Below are positions 60,175 to 64,000 of a stretch of DNA of 64,000 nt, piece by piece. The DNA is from Pirellulales bacterium (lineage in GTDB: Bacteria; Planctomycetota; Planctomycetia; Pirellulales; Lacipirellulaceae): positions 189,183 through 253,182 of the forward strand of contig CAVPHI010000003.1 in NCBI GenBank assembly GCA_963704265.1, in the 5' to 3' direction. The notes under the pieces are model-generated. The model was not told the DNA's origin and searched no databases. It saw nothing but the letters and a program-made list of their open reading frames with translations. Positions within the stretch are counted from its first letter, which is position 1, and each line of letters begins with the position of its first letter. Position numbers and translations under genes: made by a program.

Positions 60175-61040
60175 TTAGTCGCCGCCCTTCGACAAATTGT
60201 TTAGTCCCAGCAGTTGCAGACTATCGCGATGGATCATCGCATCGATCTGGTTCACATCTAGCCGCGGCAACTTCGTGCCGTCCAGCATACTATTCAAACC
60301 GTGCAAGCCATCGATCGTGGCATTCACCGTGGTAAACGGATAGTCGGTCCCAAACAAAACCTTGCCCCAAATCCCGTACTCCTGCACCAGCATCAGGCTC
60401 TGGTAGAGTTGAAAGGGGCGGTAATGCAGCGCACTGATATCGGCGTACACATTGGGATGTTTGCGGACAACCGCCACGCATTCGCCTTCGTAGGGATGCC
60501 CCAAGTGGGCCAGGATGATCTTCGCGTCCGGAAATCGTGCGGCCACGCGGTCCAAGTGCCGCGGCAGCGTGTACTCGATTGGCGCCTGCGCGACAAACGT
60601 CGTACCGGTGTGCAGCAACACCGGCAACTCATTCGCCTGGGCGTACGACCAAAGGGGGTCGAGCCGCTCGTCATCCGGCTGAAATCCGGCGTACATCGGC
60701 AACAGCTTGATCCCGCGCAGCCCCAACTGTTCATGGCCGTCACGCAGCTCCGCCTGCCAACCGGCCTGTGTCGGATCGACCGAGAGAAAACCAATCAGTC
60801 GATCGGGGTGCGCAGCCACGTAATCGGCTACGTATTGATCCTCGACCCACAACCCGCTCAGTCGCGCCTTGCCGCCGAACGCGATCGTGCGCACGTCCGC
60901 CGGCGATTGCGCCCGATACGCGTCGTACGTCACGGTCAGATCCACCTCGACCCCGGCCCGCGCCGCTGCGCCTGCCGACGAAAGTCGTCGGTGAAATGTT
61001 GCGGGTACGACCAGGCGTGGGTGTGAACATCGACGATCAT
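60175..61040 (-). CDS. Amidohydrolase-2 family metal-dependent hydrolase, one frame break near the N-terminus
   Basis: The canonical start 'MIVDVHTHAWSYPQHFTDDFRRQAQR' is read from the ATG at 61040, then continues in the frame of ORF 60175-61044 ('AGVEVDLTVTYD...GIKLLPMYAGF...LLHTG...ILAHLGHPY...VLFGTDYPF'). The frame switch is about 60955-60975. Confidence 0.75.
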
Positions 61041-61076
61041 GCAAGGCTCTTGTTACTTGTTACTCGGAGGTTTTCG

Positions 61077-62428
61077 TCACTCGGCCAACGATTGCAGCGC
61101 CTGCCGCGTGGCATCCAGCGTGGCGTCGAGGTCATTATCTGAATGGGCAAAGCTGATGCTGCCTTGTTTCGATGGAATTGGAAAATGGTAAACCCCGTGC
61201 TCGATGAGTGCCCGCCGATAACGCGTGTCGAACGCCATATCGTGGCCGGTTACCAGCTCCCACCAATTCGTTGCGCGCGGTCCATAAAGTACACACAATG
61301 TGCGCTGCCCACGCGACTGATCGTTGCCGTGATGCCGCAGTCGCGAAACAACCGTCGCTGACCTTCCTCCAACCGCTGCGCCGATCGTTCCAGCCGACCA
61401 TAAACATCGATTTTTCGGTCGGACAGCTTTTTGAGCGTCGCCAACCCCGCGGCCACCGGCACGGGGTGGCAGTTGTACGTGCCGGCCACAAGCACGCGTT
61501 TCGCTGGATCGGGGCTGACCGCAAGGTCCATCAACGGCCGCTTCCCGGCGAGCGCGGCGATTGGGAAACCATTGGCCAGCGCCTTGCCAAATGTCGACAA
61601 ATCTGGCGTCACGCCGTTTAGCCCCTGATACCCGCCCAAACCCGCCCGAAAGCCGGTTTTCACTTCGTCGAAGATGAGCACGAATCCGGCCGCATCCGCC
61701 AGCTCCCGCAGGCCTTCCAAGTAGCCCGGCCGCGGCTTCACAACGCCAATGTTCTGCAACACCGGCTCCGTAATAAGCGCCGCCACTTCGTATTGCTTCA
61801 CGAGAGTGCGTACCGCTTCGAGGTCGTTGTACTCAACCGCGTGCATCAGCCGCCGCTCGGCTTCCGGAATTCCGGCGGAGAGCGGAATGAGCGGATACTC
61901 GCCGCCCACCACCTGCTTGCCGCCAAGTTGCTCGACGGTGTTCATCAGATTCGCCGCCACGACATTCTGATTGCCGTTGTAGCCGCCCTGCATGAGAATC
62001 ACCTGGTCGCGACCGGTCCAGGCCCGCGCCACGCGAATCGCCTGGGCCGTCGCCTCGGACCCCGTGTTGAAGAACTGCACCTTCTCCGCGCCCGGTACGC
62101 ATTTCAGGAACAGCCGTGCAAGCTCGCCTTCGTCGGCTGTCGGGCCGCTGCCGTAATTCGATCGGCCGGAGTGCAGCGATTCCGTTACCGCAGCGTTTAC
62201 GTCCGCGTCCCCATGCCCCAGAATGTAAGCCGAGAACGCTGCGTGGTAGTCGATGTATTCGTGGCCGTCCACATCCCATAGATGCGACCCGACCGCCTTC
62301 GCGAACGCGATGCACGGCTCGGCCCGGCGATTGATCGACGCCAACCCACCCGGAATGACTTGCTCGTTGCTCTCCAGCAATTGGCGCGACTTCGCGAAGC
62401 TCAACGGCTCGTGATCCATCGAGGTCAT
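61077..62428 (-). CDS. Class III (GSA-aminomutase-like) PLP-dependent aminotransferase, one frame break
   Basis: 'MTSMDHEPLSFAKSRQLLESNEQVIPGG', 'FFNTGSEATAQAIRVARAWTGR', 'LIFDEVKTGFRAGLGG', 'TFGKALANGFPIAAL'. ORF 61250-62929 joins ORF 61077-61298 as 'VYFMDRA|(P)TNWWELVTGHD' (about 61275-61285). The ATG overlaps the upstream stop (ATGA at 62425-62428). The long N-terminal extension of the listed ORF is a read-in. Confidence 0.8.
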
Positions 62429-63537
62429 TGAATTCGCCCTCGCGCATCGACCGCCAGTTGACGAAGCGGCTCGTTCGGTTCCATCCACCAAATCGTGTCT
62501 CGCAAGTTGACGCACGGGCAAATGTGATTGGGGATCACCGTCACGCGTTCGCCCACGGCCGGCCTGGTGCCGCAAGCCGTCACGTCGATCTGTCCATGCT
62601 CCTCGCTCAGCCGCGTGATCTTGGCATCGGGGTATTCCATCACGTGCCCGAAGCCAGAATCGGGGGCCGACGCGCACCGATCGGCGGCAAGTGTCTTGGA
62701 GCCTGCATCCATCACGACCTGCCCCGACACGGCATCGCTGATTACCGTCGCCAGCACGCGCGCCGAGCAATCGTCGAGCGTGCAAAATCCGCCACGCACC
62801 GTGTTCATGTCGTTGAATACGTACGTGCCCGGCCGAATCTCGGTCTGACGCCGAATCAAGTGCGACTGATAAGCCGTTGGCGTGGAACCGCCCGATACGA
62901 TCGACGCCGCCAAACCGTGCTTTGCCCATAACGCGATCGCTTCGCCAACCAGGTCGTCAATCGCTCGTAATTCCGCTTCCTGCTGGTCGGACTCGCTCCA
63001 GACTTGCCCCGGGTAGATCATGATTCCGTCGAGCCGCACGTTCGGTGCTCGGTCGATGGCCTGCGCCAACGGCAGCGTGGCCGCGGGCGACTGCACGCCC
63101 GTGCGCCCTAAACCCACGTCGAGATCCACCAGCAAGCCAACCGTGGTTCCGGCCGCTTGCGCTGCGGCCGATACCACTTCGAGGGCGGTCCGCGAATCGA
63201 TGGCCGCTCGCATGGTTCGATCGCGAGCCAACGCCGCAATTCGCTCCGCTCGCTGCTCTCCGACCGGCGGATAGGCCAACAGCACGTCCTGCTCCGGGTC
63301 CGAGATCATTTCCGCTTCGCCTACCTTTGCGACCGTTAACCCAATTGCGCCGGCCTCGAGCTGCATTCGCGCCAATTGCCTTAGTTTGTGCGTCTTGGCG
63401 TGGGGGCGAACCTTGATTCCAACCTTCACCGCGTAACTGGCCAGCCTTTGCACGTTCCGTCGCACGATCTCGCCATCAATCACCATCGCTGGCGTGGGCA
63501 ACCGACGGAGTTCATCGTTATCGCTTGAATCCGGCAT
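62425..63537 (-). CDS. D-TA family PLP-dependent enzyme (alanine racemase N-terminal fold; D-threonine aldolase / D-serine dehydratase-like)
   Basis: 'PTPAMVIDGEIVRRNVQRL', 'KVRPHAKTHKLRQLARMQLEAGAIGLTVAKVGEAE', 'SGGSTPT', 'RPGTYVFND', 'SEEHG'. This is the first gene of the operon. Confidence 0.75.
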   Translation of the reverse strand: MPDSSDNDELRRLPTPAMVIDGEIVRRNVQRLASYAVKVGIKVRPHAKTHKLRQLARMQLEAGAIGLTVAKVGEAEMISDPEQDVLLAYPPVGEQRAERIAALARDRTMRAAIDSRTALEVVSAAAQAAGTTVGLLVDLDVGLGRTGVQSPAATLPLAQAIDRAPNVRLDGIMIYPGQVWSESDQQEAELRAIDDLVGEAIALWAKHGLAASIVSGGSTPTAYQSHLIRRQTEIRPGTYVFNDMNTVRGGFCTLDDCSARVLATVISDAVSGQVVMDAGSKTLAADRCASAPDSGFGHVMEYPDAKITRLSEEHGQIDVTACGTRPAVGERVTVIPNHICPCVNLRDTIWWMEPNEPLRQLAVDARGRIQ

Positions 63538-63614
63538 AACACCAAGTCAAACCACTTTTGCTTATTCGCGCGTAGTTGATTGTTCTGCAAGACTTCGCGA
63601 ATGTTTGCATTAAC

Positions 63615-64000
63615 CTACTGGTCCGACCATCGTAAATTGTCAGGTTTCCACGGCGTAGGGTGCCACCTATAGGAAGTCCGCTGTCAAGGCGTACCGTGGG
63701 CGGCTGCCCGTTTTTGCATCTCCTTGCAGGGGAGGGGCGTCGAGTGGTGGCGTGGCGAGTACGGGTTCCTTCCGGTGGCGGCGATCGGTGTGTGGGCTCG
63801 TCGTTGCGGACACGAGGTTGGGTTCGCTGCTCTCCGCGAGGATGGGTGATCGTTGGTAAAAACGTCGCCCAGGCACCTATGGGGGACTCTCTTGCGAGGT
63901 CGATGCGGATATCGGAGCGTGCGTCTGATTTCAAAGCGGTGGGTTCATTCACTGGTTGAAGCTCGAAGCTTAGGGGCACCCAAGGAACTCCACCGCCGGC
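63615..64000. repeat. Copy B of the conserved upstream element (cut by the window end)
   Basis: 63615-63666 aligns with 39931-39985 with 4 mismatches and one 3-nt indel. Further shared islands include 'GCATCTCCTTGCAGG' vs 'GCCATACCCTTGCAG'. A partner for GGGTGCCAC appears as GGGGCACCC at 63973-63981, so the element probably closes beyond position 64000. Confidence 0.6.

Noticed and set aside
62429-62929. Long N-terminal extension of ORF 61250-62929, which would make a 559-aa aminotransferase
   Set aside because: The extension lies out of frame over the 3' part of the well-supported D-TA gene and is Arg/Gly-rich. The aminotransferase-like sequence starts at 'MTSMDHEPLSF', whose ATG forms an ATGA overlap with the upstream stop.
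63666-63700. RNase P RNA-like 'AGGAAGTCCGC' (resembles the P4 strand GGAAAGTCCGGGC)
   Set aside because: It is a single short imperfect match. None of the other universally conserved RNase P segments were seen in 63650-64000 on either strand.

Overview
This 64-kb window reads like a Planctomycetota chromosome segment. It carries DUF1559 prepilin-like proteins, a PSCyt/DUF1549 protein, a DUF1080 protein, a PVC-type heme-binding dehydrogenase, PEP-CTERM proteins with dockerin-like repeats, and an ECF sigma / Ser-Thr kinase pair. All family calls come from motif recognition by eye; no database search was run. I saw no rRNA, no intact tRNA and no CRISPR array. Layout: (i) 1-3.7 kb holds uronate catabolism genes (kdgK-like, GH88-like, SDR, eda). 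(ii) 3.7-9 kb holds a REC-PAS-GGDEF-EAL regulator and a hybrid histidine kinase. (iii) 9-20.2 kb is a decayed mosaic. It contains a tRNA 3' fragment, several truncated genes, a ~977-bp IS with 15-bp inverted repeats that splits a PSCyt/DUF1549 gene, a large dehydrogenase/HEAT/cytochrome c gene, an ExuT-like MFS transporter, and a dead GH10-dockerin gene abutting an IS3 transposase fragment. (iv) About 20.2-55 kb is a visibly lower-GC block. It contains a XylR-type regulator, two paralogous DUF1559-lipoprotein-beta-helix cassettes, five PEP-CTERM proteins, an ECF sigma plus a kinase with an NPCBM-like C-terminus, a uxaE-like epimerase, 2-oxoacid dehydrogenase E1/E2 genes, a mutarotase and an oxidative sugar-catabolism cluster. 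(v) 55.2-63.5 kb is a tightly coupled eight-gene minus-strand operon of unknown pathway. About fifteen otherwise intact genes are broken by single-nucleotide frame changes, which points to indel errors in the assembly or to real decay. The most unusual non-coding signals are two. The first is a ~50-nt block that is ~92% conserved ~80 nt upstream of two unrelated minus-strand operons; at 39.9 kb it forms the end of a 220-nt palindromic element. The second is a GC-rich double-hairpin element inserted in frame into the prepilin-like leader of both DUF1559 genes.
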